From assembly GCA_002633005.1 (NCBI GenBank), contig NMRA01000535.1:44912-108911 (forward strand): 64,000 nt of DNA, given 5' to 3'. Position 1 is the first letter of the stretch. Every line of letters starts with the position of its first letter. Source of the DNA: Phoronis australis. Taxonomy: Eukaryota > Animalia > Phoronida. The position numbers were made by a program, and so were the translations under genes. The notes below the pieces were generated by a model, which did not search any database, was not told the DNA's origin, and worked only from the letters and a program-made list of their open reading frames with translations. Of this stretch, positions 25,151 through 37,455 are shown in pieces.

Positions 25151-27469
25151 GGTTGCAACAGGTGGCCACCATCTTGAAGGAGAGTGCAGCTACAGCCGCG
25201 AAAGTGACCTTTTTTCATTCTCAGCATGTTCACAAATACAAGCAAACCACTTTCACTGAGCCTACATGCAATGCCCACCTACAAAATGCCCCCAAACTTG
25301 GCCTACAACAAAATTTTAATATTTTGGCAGTGCAAATTGGCCGCGGCCGCAGCCTAACTATTCAGTGCCACCTAAGCTTTGCCCACGTGACAGCCATATT
25401 CGTTTTGGTCGTCTGTCGTGCTCCACAAGTTCGCAAAAATGATTAAAGTTACGCTATAAACAAACAGGTATGTCACATTTTCTAAGCATGAATTAAATAT
25501 CAGCTTTATTTCTAGTACATCAACAAAAATTGGAACATAATGACGCGCATTCTGAACGAATTTTGACCTCAAGCGGCAATCGATGTCCGTTTAACTTCAA
25601 AGCCGTTTTTCCCGGCTCGTGATTTCACGTTAGTGACAAGATACTCGGGCCTATTTTTCCGCAACGCTGGGTCAATTTTTACGAAATTTGCAAATTTGAA
25701 ATCCTCTAGGACTAAAGCAAAATCTGGTGCCAGGGTTTTTCGATACATGGACCAGATTTTTAGTTATTAGTGACCAAATGACAGAAAGTGGCGTGTTCGC
25801 CCTAACTCACACGCAAAAAAACACAAAATCAAGATCATAATGATTTTGTACATATATTCGATATGGATAAGTAGAATATTGCGTAAGGAAACAGTTGATG
25901 ATAATCCTTGTGAATTTTGTGAAAAAATCGAGGTAAAATTGGATTTTTGAAAAATAAAAAATACGATTTAAAAAAAAAACGAATTACAATAAAAACTTTT
26001 TTTTGGATTTTTGTCACTTTCAGAGTCATTTCTAACTAGTTAAAAACCCCTTTGTACTTATTTTAGTTAGAAACCTGGAGATTTGACCAGTGTATACACC
26101 TACCTCTAATACGCTTTTTCCCCAAACCAATATTTTTCATTCCTTTGTAGCTGACAGTTGTCATTAAGAGTTCATGAGTTCCACTAAAAACACGAACTCT
26201 AGGCCCACTCATACAAGATATTCATTTGTCTTCAGTATAAACGATACGGCTTCAGAGGCTGCGCTAGTACAAAGACCAGCAAAGACGAGTCACGTTTATG
26301 TACACGTTTCCGTTCTTTTCTCAATGGTTTCTTGGAAAGTTATCGAGTCGCAATGCGAGCAAAAAATGCAAAAATTAGCATGATTAGCTCAATAAATATT
26401 TGACCAATATAATAAGGCAGCCGGGCGTGGGATGTGATGTTGGGTGCAAGAATGGACATGCAAGGCGTGGGATGCTGGTGTGTTGCTATTTCCTTCAAAT
26501 TGTTTAAACACTTGGGTTTACACAAAAGTTCACAAATGGTTGATGATTAAACTGAGTAGCTGCAAACCCCTCGCTGGTTCCCTGCGTGTCTGCTAGCGGG
26601 TAGAGAACACGCAGGCACCATTCCGTAGCACGAGTTTTATCACTGATTGATGTAACCTCGGCAGTCATTGGTAAGCTTTACAACAAAGAAAGAAAACGTC
26701 GGACTGTGAACGATTTTTAGCCTTGTCATACAAGTAGCGTGGCAGCACTGAAACATTCCGTTTCTTTCTGCAGCAATGTTTTATAGCCGCGTGGTTGAAA
26801 CACATAGAATGCACACACATCTGGTCGATTTAACCGGTGCGTTATTTTTCCTGTATGAATGTAGGACTGCAACGTAAACAAAAGTCAGCAACAGTAGAAA
26901 AATGCACACCGAAAAGGCACAACCACAACTTTCCAATTCACATTTTCTGAACATATCCCTGTTAAGTACCGATTTGTCTGTACAACAGATAGCAAATTAT
27001 ATCCACATTTACATTTCCTCCATCAGTCATGCCACTTTGTTTACATAAAGTGCTACCTGTTGAGAATTCGACCAGTCAATCAGAAAATTCCCGAAGAAAA
27101 TTAAATGATATCTGCGCGTTCTCTTCCCCATAGCGGACACGCATTGAACCAACGAGCTGCAAACCTTTGTTCCGCCCAATCAGCGAACTATCAATTTATA
27201 ACATTTTTCAGTAATACATGTATTTTAGATATAAAAATAGTCGTTTTGGCATCGTAGGCTTTAAAAGTTTAGTTAATTTTGCGAAATGGATGCTTGTAGA
27301 AACCTGGGAGTAATATACATGTTGGTCCTGGGTAGAAACTAAGCGGTAGCGTAAAATTGTCTCGACCTACCACTTTGTACGCCACATGCGATTCAATCAC
27401 CAACGTGTATTACCGGGTCCAAAATATGCGTGTTAACGTGAAAGCATACAAAATATCCGCTCGTTTGCG

Positions 27470-27475
27470 TTTATT
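27470..27475 (-). terminator. Candidate polyadenylation signal of the prokineticin-like gene
   Basis: AATAAA on the minus strand 60 nt after the stop codon. Confidence 0.5.
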
Positions 27476-27535
27476 AACAGTTAAATACCGAACCTGACTG
27501 TTACATGATAACTGTTATGTCAACGGAGGGCGGGT

Positions 27536-27820
27536 TTATTGAGTCGGTGAATTGGGATCCACACAGATTTGTCGAACGATGATGGTGTCGTGTAAGCCCT
27601 TCTCCTTGACTTTAGTGCATTCCAATCCCTCCAAACATCCACACGTGTATTGACGGTTTTCGTCGTCGTACTTCATTTCGTTTTCCATAAGACAACGCTT
27701 TCCCGCGCGAATCTTGGCCGAGCAGCGTCCGTTGCGGATCCACAGTCCACCGTAGTTGGCACGGCAACACTCACCCATGTCGCAGCCATCGTTGTTGTGA
27801 CATTCGTATCCAAGTCTCGC
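27536..27820 (-). CDS. Exon 2 of secreted prokineticin/astakine/colipase-fold peptide
   Basis: Acceptor ttgttcatag|GCG, phase 0. ARLGYECHNNDGCDMGECCRANY..RC..RC..TCGC..EC..ICVDPNSPTQ-stop: 10 Cys in C-C-CC-C-C-CxC-C-C order. Confidence 0.88.
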   Translation of the reverse strand, partial: ARLGYECHNNDGCDMGECCRANYGGLWIRNGRCSAKIRAGKRCLMENEMKYDDENRQYTCGCLEGLECTKVKEKGLHDTIIVRQICVDPNSPTQ

Positions 27821-28366
27821 CTATGAACAATTGAAATGTATTTAAAGACAGGTAATAATAGTGTGTCGCAGGCGAAGTCTTTCGCAGACCAGCATGTTAG
27901 TTCTGGAGACGTTGTTGACAGTCTCAGCTCAGTGCTATGATCTGGTTGAAACCGTAGTTGCCTCGCGGCGAGATAATTCCAGCCAAAATCTCGAGAACAT
28001 ACTGTAATATCTCGCGTAATCTCGCGAAGTCTTGCTTTTCTAGAGACAGCCTAGCGTTATTGAACTCTACTCTGTACACGCAGATTGACATGTTTTCTTA
28101 CACAAGGGCTGTTGGAAACCTATGAAAAGACTGTCTGCGACTCTTCATACATTACGTACTATAGACCACCATTAAGACGATATTGACTCAAATAAGGTCA
28201 CCGAGTATGCTGTAAACATGTTATTTTATGGTCATATTTTATCCTATTATAATTCGGCCGATGTGACTGCTGCTGGCGATTTTTATTAAATACAAACTCT
28301 TTCATCCCTATACAGTTTTCAAATTCTCCGCCCTTAATAATGTACACAGTGGTGGATTTAGGGAGA

Positions 28367-31300
28367 TAGTCGGTGGGCCAGATCTCATAGCGTTCATCCT
28401 TGTGAGTACTTTGGGGGGGCAACCTAGTTTTTTTCTATGTGGCTAGATAATATACCTATAAACCAAATTCCAAAAAGTTCCCACGTCTACACTTGCACAT
28501 TTTTTTAAGAAAAAGTGTTTTTGTTGCACAAAATATGATGCACATTCCTGCCACTTGAAGACGCTTTTCTATTGAATTGACCAATCAGAGAGCCAGATTG
28601 TATTGTTGTGCTTAGTTACTTCAATATGGCTGCTCCCATGGAGTGTGATGCCTGTATAATTCAAGGTTTATCAAACAGCACAAAATTGTGATGTCAGAGC
28701 CTAAAGAAGCTTAGGAAAGCTTCCTGACGAAAGCTGATTGACTGTGGAACTCTGTAGATCAGTAGATCAAAAAGAAGAAGAGGTGTCACAAACGTTTGTG
28801 CAGAAAACAGCTGCATGCCCTGGTAGCCTACACAGTATACTGCTGAGTGCTATAGACTAGAATACCAAGTGTCAGACCAGAAAATTGAAAGGACATAGAA
28901 CGGCATAGCAACGTTTCAAGGCACCAACAGTAGTACTAAAGCTGAAGTTGCTGAAAGTGATACAGATGTTATCCAAGATTTCCCAAGAAAATCAATCACT
29001 TCCAAAATCTGAAACACCCAATTAACCTGAACAAGATAGGAACATTCTGAAACATGAGTGCATCATTTGTTAGCAGGAAAAGTACATTATGGGCCACATT
29101 TCAAGAAAGAGAAAGAAGTATAGCTTTCAAAAACAGGTACGTGTTTTTTAAAAATACATTTTGGTGTTTTCCACGTGTGATTCAGTATTATCACCAGTTG
29201 TTTTTTAACTTGTTCAGCCCCTTGACTGCCTAGGCCTTAGACAATACTGCTGACCCAGTAGAGACGATGATCATACTATAGGTACTTCATATGCCGGATA
29301 CTTTTCGGCAAATTATGTTCCTATAAGTTTAGAAGTACCGCGTAGAGAGATGCCTCTGAGGAGGTCGTTAATGTTTTCATTTGTTCCCAGTTTAAACAAA
29401 TACTCCTGCAATCCTGTTTTTCGAACACTCCATTCAGTTGCCACATCGACACTGCTTGCGCTAAGGGATAATCCTATGGCGTTATACTGTGGGTGTGATT
29501 TTAAAGCACTTTAAGTCTAAAATTTTTGAGAAGGTTAAATGGAGTAGATAGTTGCAAACAACATGCCCAAGTGGCCGTCATCCCCTGCCGTAGTCTCAAT
29601 TTTTTGTAAACATTAATTACTTAGGTAGCAGCTGCAATGATAATTAAATTAAAGTGCCTAAGTGGCCATCGTCGCCGTCGAAATTTGAGGACGATGGAAG
29701 CCACTGTCCATTTCGTCAAACGTCGATTACCTTAAGTGTAAATCGATTGACTATGGTTTGAGCATCTGATTTAAAAAAAATTAAATTTCAATCACTGCAC
29801 AGGTATATCAGCTGATTTATTTTCAGCTGCATCTACTGATCTAATTATTAGACGATCAACATTATTAGGCTACAGATCAAACGGCATGTAAATTTGTTAG
29901 GCTGGTGGTGGATCAGCTCCTGATACGTCCGTCTGAAAAAGTTGCATGCCAACTCACTCATAGTTGAATGTTAAATTAGTGTTAACAGTTCGGGTTTTTT
30001 TCAGTTGGACTTGTATCGCAAGCAACAGCTCAGTCCAGAGCCCTGAATATGCAAATGAAATTCAAAGATAAAGACCTTGTGTCTTAGAAGCCAAGTACCA
30101 CAGATCATCATGCTATAAAAAAGAGAAAGACAAAGATTGTGGAGAGTGACGAATCCCCAGTTTTCAGAGATGTTTTTCTACAGTTTTGTTTGGAGTTCAT
30201 TGAATCAAAGCTTCTAGCACATGGAGATGTCATTTGCCTTTCAAAAATAAAGCAAGACTTTGAAGCTGTTCTTCAGAAAGCTGGTGTGCATGAAGTTATT
30301 TGGACAGGCAATCTTAAGAAATATTGTTGAAGCTACTCACTGTTGTAGTTTGTGCCTGACTAAGAGATACGAAAGTGAATTGAGGCTAGTGTTCAATAAT
30401 TCACTTGCTGACTCTAATTAACACAGCCCATTATAACATATTTTGAATCAAACGTTTGCCCAAATAGTGCCCGCCTCCAAACAAGGACTTAGTGTTTGAC
30501 CCTTCATTGCCTGCGGGCTAATCACCAGTGTGCAGTGCTGTACCCTCTCTAATCGACCATAGTTGGCTCCTTGGCGGTGGAGCTTTGCAGTTAATATGTA
30601 TGGCAATGACCGCATCTCCATTGACAGTACTAAACGATGAACGCTGCAAGTGCAAAAAGAACATGTGTGCTGGGAAACTGAGTTTGTGCTGCAATGCTGG
30701 GTCAAACTGTACAGAAATGTGCAGCTGTGACAACTGTAGTAACATCAGCAACACTGACTGCATAACATTGGATAGTTCTTTGACAAGTCAACCCTAAATA
30801 GACCTCCAACCCCGTTATTTCCTTTTTTGTATTAAAAAGTTAATTTTATTTGTTGATTAAGTCATAGAAAGTACATACTTTGATCATTGTCATGTATTTG
30901 TCTCATACTGCTTGATAAACGCTGTCAGAATAATCTATTATTTTCATACAGTCTTTGTGCACATTCACAGAGATCATTCAACTATATTGTTTTTGTACTA
31001 TAACGTATTTCTGGTGTATTATGCAAACAAGCTGTATTTTACACCATTAGTCAATGTTTTAGTCATTGAGGCACAAATTTTTCCCAGTCTCAAGTGTTTT
31101 GTGTTCTTTTTGTTGCCTGACAATGCCGGAATAAGCTCCTAGTAACATTCAGACTTAGTTTGCATTTTTGCCACTAGGTGTCTCTTTACGTTTTTTAAAT
31201 TTCACTGTTTACAATTAATTTACAATAGTAAAACGTGTAATGTGAGTGTAATATTGTTCAATACAATGGCACTGATGGGACCATATTACTTGTTTTACAA

Positions 31301-31534
31301 AAAAGTCACCAAAACTGTTGTTTTTACAAATATAAGTTTACTAAGCTCTTTGGTGATTATTAGGTAACTTCAAACTCAAATTTCTCAAAAATGTGCAACT
31401 TTATATGTGGGAACTTTTTAGATTTTGAAAACACTCTAATAAATGAATTAAAAAACACCAAAATAAAATTGCCCCCCTAAAGTACTCACAAAAAACATTT
31501 TCTAGAGGCCCTACAAAATCTGGCCCACCGACTA
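28367..31534 (+). mobile_element. Academ DNA transposon, decayed and internally deleted
   Basis: TIR TAGTCGGTGGGCCAGAT..ATCTGGCCCACCGACTA, extending through TGTGAGTACTT; flanks AGA/AGG. Remnants LEAKYHRS..CY (~30085) and a C-terminal Cys cluster CKCKKNMC..CTEMCSCDNCSN (30528-30797). Confidence 0.85.
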
Positions 31535-32200
31535 AGGGGCAAGGGGCCATGACACTCCCCTAAAATTCTCGCATACTCCCATTGGCAGTTCGGGGGAGCG
31601 AATGTCTGACGGCCAAAATCCTGGCTAATACTCTGCTCTGCCCCCCAACACAAAATCCTTGACCCGCTCTTGATATATGCGCGCATGCGCTGCCTGCAGC
31701 TTGAAATCGCCACTGTTTTGTTTACATTAAAGGTCAAAGATCACATTTTCCGTATAAGGGAAATGTGCTACGTCTATGTCTTGCAATACTTAATAAGGAA
31801 ACGTGCTTTGCCGTGTGGGAGAAAATTCGATAAAGTGCCGAGCGCCTGACAGATCGTTTTATGATATTTGAAATTAAACGAAAATGCTTTGACATCAACA
31901 AAAATTCAAAGTCATTAGGAATAAACTGTAAAAATACCTGGTGAACAATTTGACTTCTGTTTCAGTGGCAGAGAACTACTTTGAAAATGCAATTAGTCTG
32001 TTTTTCACGTCCTATGCCTCCTTAAAATAAACAATTACATCAGAGTGTACGCCGCTGGTGTACACAGGCGACATTATAGCCTCACAAAAATTTACTCATA
32101 TCAAAATATAGCAAATAACATCAAATGAAACATGCACATACACGCATTGAGTTATACGGTGGCTGTAAAAGGACGGCACGGCAACTTCTTTCTATGTTGC

Positions 32201-32751
32201 TAACTCTATCGATAGACTTACTATCGCTATCGATAGACTTCTCTATCGATAGACTCGTTAACTCTATCGGTAGAGTTACTATCTCTATCGATAGATTTAT
32301 TAATTCTATCGATAGAATTACTATCTCTATCGATAGACTTGCTAACTCTATCGATAGACTTATTAACTCTCTGGATAGACTTACTATCTCTATCGACAGA
32401 CTTATTAACTCTATCGATAGACTTATTAACTCTATCGATAGACTTACTATAGCTATCGATAGACTTATTAACTCTATCGATAGACTTACTATCTCTATCG
32501 ACAGACTTTTTGACTCTATCGATAGATTTATTAACTGCATCGATAGAATTTTTATCTCTATCGATAGACTTACTATATCTATCGATAGACTTATTAACTC
32601 TATCGATAGACTTATTAACTCTATCGATAGACTTACTATAGCTATCGATAGACTTATTAACTCTATCGATAGACTTACTATCTCTATCGACAGACTTTTT
32701 GACTCTATCGATAGATTTATTAACTGCATCGATAGACTTTTTATCTCTATC
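32201..32751. repeat. 21-bp minisatellite (~26 units) with palindromic CTATCGATAG core
   Basis: Consensus CTCTATCGATAGACTTATTAA. A variant block recurs at 32501 and 32690 (189 bp = 9 units). Confidence 0.95.
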
Positions 32752-34237
32752 AAAATGCACGTCATGCACCGAGGATAAAAAAGGCATATCACTGTCGAAA
32801 GTTCTGAAAAGATCCAGCATTTTGTTAAAGCAGACGGATTAGAATTATACGTATTCGAATTGTACTTAATTGACTCTGTATACTGTAATCTATGTGTCAG
32901 CCCAGACTTTATGGAAAACTTATATAAGAAATGTAAGTCATCTAGTACACAATTAATATGAAGCGTCCGGACATTTAATAATTTGCTATTGATAAGTGAC
33001 TACTTTTACGGGTAACGGTGTCTGAACGCCTGGATGATTTTTGTAGTGTATTGGAATCTACTGTTATTAATACACGTTTAAACAATATTAAGTTTATGTT
33101 CTATTTGAGGTGGTCACATTTTATTAGTAGTATTATTAGAATTAGTCGTTTAGTACCGTCGGGTCCTGGGTTAGACTTTACGCGACATCTGTTGTTGAGT
33201 TGAGGTGATTATCATCTTTCATGGGTTGTACGCGACTTCTGTTGTCGGGAGATGAGAGAGAATCAAGGGGATACTACAACGACGACGCTTGGTGGCCACG
33301 AAATAAGGTACTCTTTGATCTTATTCAGCAGCGTAATGCCTACTTTATTGAACAAACACAACGTCTTTTTAATGTCAGAACATCCGGGTGATAAACGGTA
33401 CCACGCCCTAAGCTGCCTGTATACGTCAGCAGTCACGTGACTTGCGGTTCGACCTTCCGGTTTACCGGCCACTTCCGGTTACACGTATGACCTTGACCTT
33501 GGATTGAGGTGCCTCTCTAACGGGTCCAAATAAACCTATTACGTAATGAGGTGTGACGTCATTGACACATCTTTCCGGCAGGCTGATGACGTTACTTCCG
33601 GTTGTACTCCCCACACTTGACCTTTGACCTTTTCGCATTTGACTTATGACCTTTGACCGAGGAGCCGCAAAAACAGACCTCTTAAATGACTTACTATACT
33701 ACTGTGCTGTCTAAGGTGCTATATACAAGTCGTATTATATCTCTAAGTGGTCGGATGACATTCTTGTGTTGTGCTTTGCACTCGGTTGGTTGTCAACCAA
33801 GTAAGGTGTACACCAAACCACTAGGTTGACATCCATGTAAGATCATGACACGTCTCAAAAAAGTGAGCGCTTTTTAAGTGACATTTTAAGTGTAAAATAT
33901 ATTTTTGACTCGGTTAAAACCTCCTATTCGGTGACCGGATTTGGACTACATACTGCCCGTTTAAAATACACGGGAGGATGTTAGTACATAAACCGATGAG
34001 AATGTTGCAGCCACTAGACAGCCAGCCAAGGTGCTTTGTGTGTCCTACATTAAAATAGACATGATCATTAAGTTCTATCATAATATTTCAATCGATTGAT
34101 TGAAAAGTTATCGTGATTTAGAAAATGAAATAACAAGTTCCATTCGGATATCTTTAAATCCCACTGTATTTGCTCTATGTCTTGAAAATTTCGATCGTGT
34201 TATACAGTGAAACTACTATTTGGTGCACCGTATTTAC

Positions 34238-34285
34238 CTCACAAACGGCAAGAGCGACCGCGACAAAGATGACGACACACTTCAT
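34238..34285 (-). CDS. Exon 1 (signal peptide) of the prokineticin-like gene
   Basis: aaaagATG, 16 codons MKCVVIFVAVALAVCE, donor GAG|gtaaat in phase 0 matching exon 2. The join creates a plausible cleavage site C-E-A|R. Confidence 0.78.
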
Positions 34286-36937
34286 CTTTTCTTGCAGCGA
34301 CGTTGTTAATGAGTCAAATATTCTTGAATTAAAGGGGTATACGTGCATGCAACGAAAATATATCTAGTAAAAGTCTTTATCATATCGCCAGTGACGGTGA
34401 ACATCTGTGTCTAGGAGTGGACTTGGGGGGATAACATTTCTAATCAAGTCAGGACTTCGTCAGCTGTTAGTTTGGACTATTCCCTATGGAGGACTTTTCG
34501 ATTAATTGACCTAGATAGACCGGTAGGGGGATACCATTGTGTTAAAGGAGAAGGAAACCCTTTTTCATTTTTACCGAAAATACGGTTCGTTGGTTATCCC
34601 AGACATATGTTTCAGTTAATGAAGGCTTCTCGTAATTTCATTAATTAGTCTTGCCCTACTCCGGAAATGACGTTTAGGGGGGTTAAGAATTTTCCGCCAT
34701 TTTGTTTCTGCGTTCAAGTTTACTGTGAGGTTCTGTTTCACTGTTGTTTTCGTGCTGGTTTCCTAAAATTGTCGTCACCACTTCTCATTGACGAGTATTG
34801 TCCTCACCACTTCTCATTTACGAGTATTTTACGACAAGCTGGGTTGTTAGAGAACTCAATTACGTTGGATTTAGGGATCATTTAGTTTGTAGTAGCTGGA
34901 AAATGGCTGGAGTTGGCGACCTATGTCACATACACAGTGACGTGAGTGACGGAAACATTGTTCATAGGAGTGGTGACGAGGAAATTTTTTAAAAAGGTCA
35001 GTGGGTAGATAATGTTTGAGCCCGAGTATAGTAAGGCAGAATACAGCTGTTGAGAGAGATGAGGTAGAGACTGAGGGCAGACTTGTTGGGACCTCTGTGC
35101 TCTTCCCACTGGGCGGTGACGTGAGCACCGAAACCGCTTACATCCCGCCGTTTGACTCCCTCGCTTCACACCTGGCACCATCTTTATAGCTCCAATACTT
35201 TAGTCAAGTCCACAACAAACTTACCAAAGTTTGGCTCACCAGCCTGTTCACTGGACGACGAACTATGCTCCTCATCGGGTGTCGAACTGGGCCTGTGTTC
35301 ACTCCCACTACTCAACGTCGTTGCAGCTTTGCTTACAGGCTCTGGAAACAACACTAGCACAGGGCAAATCACTGCATGTAAAGAATAGGCAATGGGCCTG
35401 TTCGACAATCTTTATATTACTAGAGGACGCTCGTGTACTAGTGGTGATAGGTTAAGCAGCCTCGATTTCGCTAGTCCTTTAAATATATGGTGAAATGGCT
35501 TGCAGTGTTGCCAACTGAATCTGAGATTGCGTAAAAAGGGTGCTTCTATGAGAGGAAGTAAGCATGACCTTATACAAAGGTAAGGTTTTTGATTATTTTA
35601 ACGATTATTCCATGTTTAACATACTGATACCTGTTAATTGATATTGACTTCGCGGCAGTCGCCATTCGGTGAATCATTGTTTGTTGAGATGACTGATGTG
35701 TGTTACGATACTTGACGTACCACTAGGGATCTTTTCTTATATAAAAGCAGTATTGCTAATGTTTGGAATGATTTCGAACAGGTTTATCGGTGACAGTTAC
35801 ATCAATCAATGCTGAATGTTTATGCTGTCAACTCATATTTTAGTGAGATAAGACTACAATCCAAGCACAAAGGTTACGTGACAAATATCCATTAGACTAT
35901 TTGTGTAGTCCCTATCCTATGTCGTCGAGAAATCTATTTGAGGTTGACATGGAAATATGTCATGTCTGTTTTCACCTGACTTTTGGATTTTAGGGTTGAG
36001 GGCTTGTACGATGCAGAGGAGATATGCATCGCATCTGCAACCTATCCTGTGCAGATCTGTCAAAGCCTACTATCTTTATCGGCGACAAAGAACAAAGCCT
36101 TTGAAAAGGGACAGCTATTTTTAAAGAAAAGTATGAAAGTTTTTTGTTAAATTACTTATTCAGGTCCTTAGCGGTATGTTGGCACAGAGGGTTGGGGTTG
36201 TAAAATTTGGTGCAATTGAATGTGTGGAAATAACAGGTAATAGTGTCCGGAGGAAAGAACATGGTGAGGTAATTATTAAACTTCATGAAGTTCTTTCACG
36301 TTTCATGAAACTGTTTTGCTATCCACTGTAAATCCCTGAACAGTATTAAATCATGCCTTGAAATGTTGCAAGTAGTTTATAAATTCGTATGACTGTCATT
36401 TTTGGAAAAATTGCATTTTTGATGTGAACATACGAGTGAGGTCGTACTTGAACATATTATTCTTACTGCCAATACGCAAACAATGCCGCCTCAGGATTTT
36501 TAATTACTCGATCTATCATTTTTAAGTGACTCAAGTTTTCGTATTAGAAGAAAAATAAAAGATCTGAGAAACGGTTCCCTCAGCCTTAGACCAGAAGTGT
36601 GCTTGACAGACCCATGAATCTGCACTCGGTGTTTATAATTCCTGAAAGTATCAAAAATCAAAAGGCTTGAAATGGTATCAAAGGTTTGAAGTTGTCTCAA
36701 ATAACTTGCATATGTTGCAGACAATTGATGCGTTTAAAGCATTGTTATGGCTGGGAATGAAAAATAAAGACGCAGTTCTATACAAATCAATACCTCCTAT
36801 ACTATAAAACACTCTTGCTTTCAGGAAGTAGTAATTATTTAATTTCATGTGAAATTGTAAAGCAGTTACCATATCATATTTTTGAAAACAAGGGCAACGT
36901 TTTTTATCTAACCTGACGTGTTTCAATATTTGTTCCA

Positions 36938-37455
36938 GGTTCAGTGGCATTTTTAAGGTCACTTCAAGCCGCAACACAGACAAGCTTTGTTGCTCCTTTC
37001 ACTTCCCACAGCATGTCGTGCGCACACCAGCAGTGCTGCATGGCACAATGTACAAGCCAGTGGCCCTAGAAAAATGTGAATTGCAGTAGTACTAAGTTAC
37101 CATACGAATGTGCCAGTGGATTGTTTGTGTGTGAAGAGGAACTATATCCGACTGCTACACCAGTCAGCCTCATTGGTGAGGATGCCCTTTAATACGCAAT
37201 GAGTCATGTGTTGACAACAATGGCTTACTTCCTTTCCTGGAAGAAACATGAGGGACTGAAGCTAAAGAAAACCTAGTAACACTCTGGTCTAGTTCTGGAT
37301 CAGATTTTGGGCACAAAGCGAGTCAAGCGATATGATGATGTGTGTACCTTCAAGGATCTAATTGTGGACTTTATTAAGGCTGAATGACTGGGTTACATGA
37401 AGGAAAGCCACGTGCCAAACTGGACCCTTTTTACAAGCGCTTCTATAGGCCATTG
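36938..37455 (+). pseudogene. YqaJ (lambda-exonuclease-like) gene remnant of ISL2EU (also ~16400-16900 plus and ~22900-23405 minus)
   Basis: Manual translation across lesions: RTPAVLHGTMYKPVALEK, SGLFVCEEELYPTATPVSLIGEDAL and KLDPFYKRFYRP, matching the YqaJ-type A..HG..E..A, GL....L.A(S/T)PDG and KL..FY motifs. Confidence 0.75.

Larger units (their letters stand above)
18410..26104. mobile_element. Putative Kolobok-like non-autonomous element hosting ISL2EU copy 2
   Basis: TTAA then GGTAGGTGGATACAC at 18410; GTGTATACACCTACC at 26090-26104 followed by degenerate TCTAA. The two ends could belong to different copies. Confidence 0.5.

Noticed and set aside
32121-32820. Three long ORFs (197-223 aa) over the 21-bp array; possible CRISPR-like array
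   Set aside because: The open frames follow from a 21-bp unit that lacks stops in those frames, and they overlap on both strands. There are no unique spacers or cas genes, and the context is eukaryotic.
32870-33710. Possible solo LTR or promoter-like block with CACTTCCGG and TGACCT motifs
   Set aside because: TG..CA ends and a TSD could not be defined.
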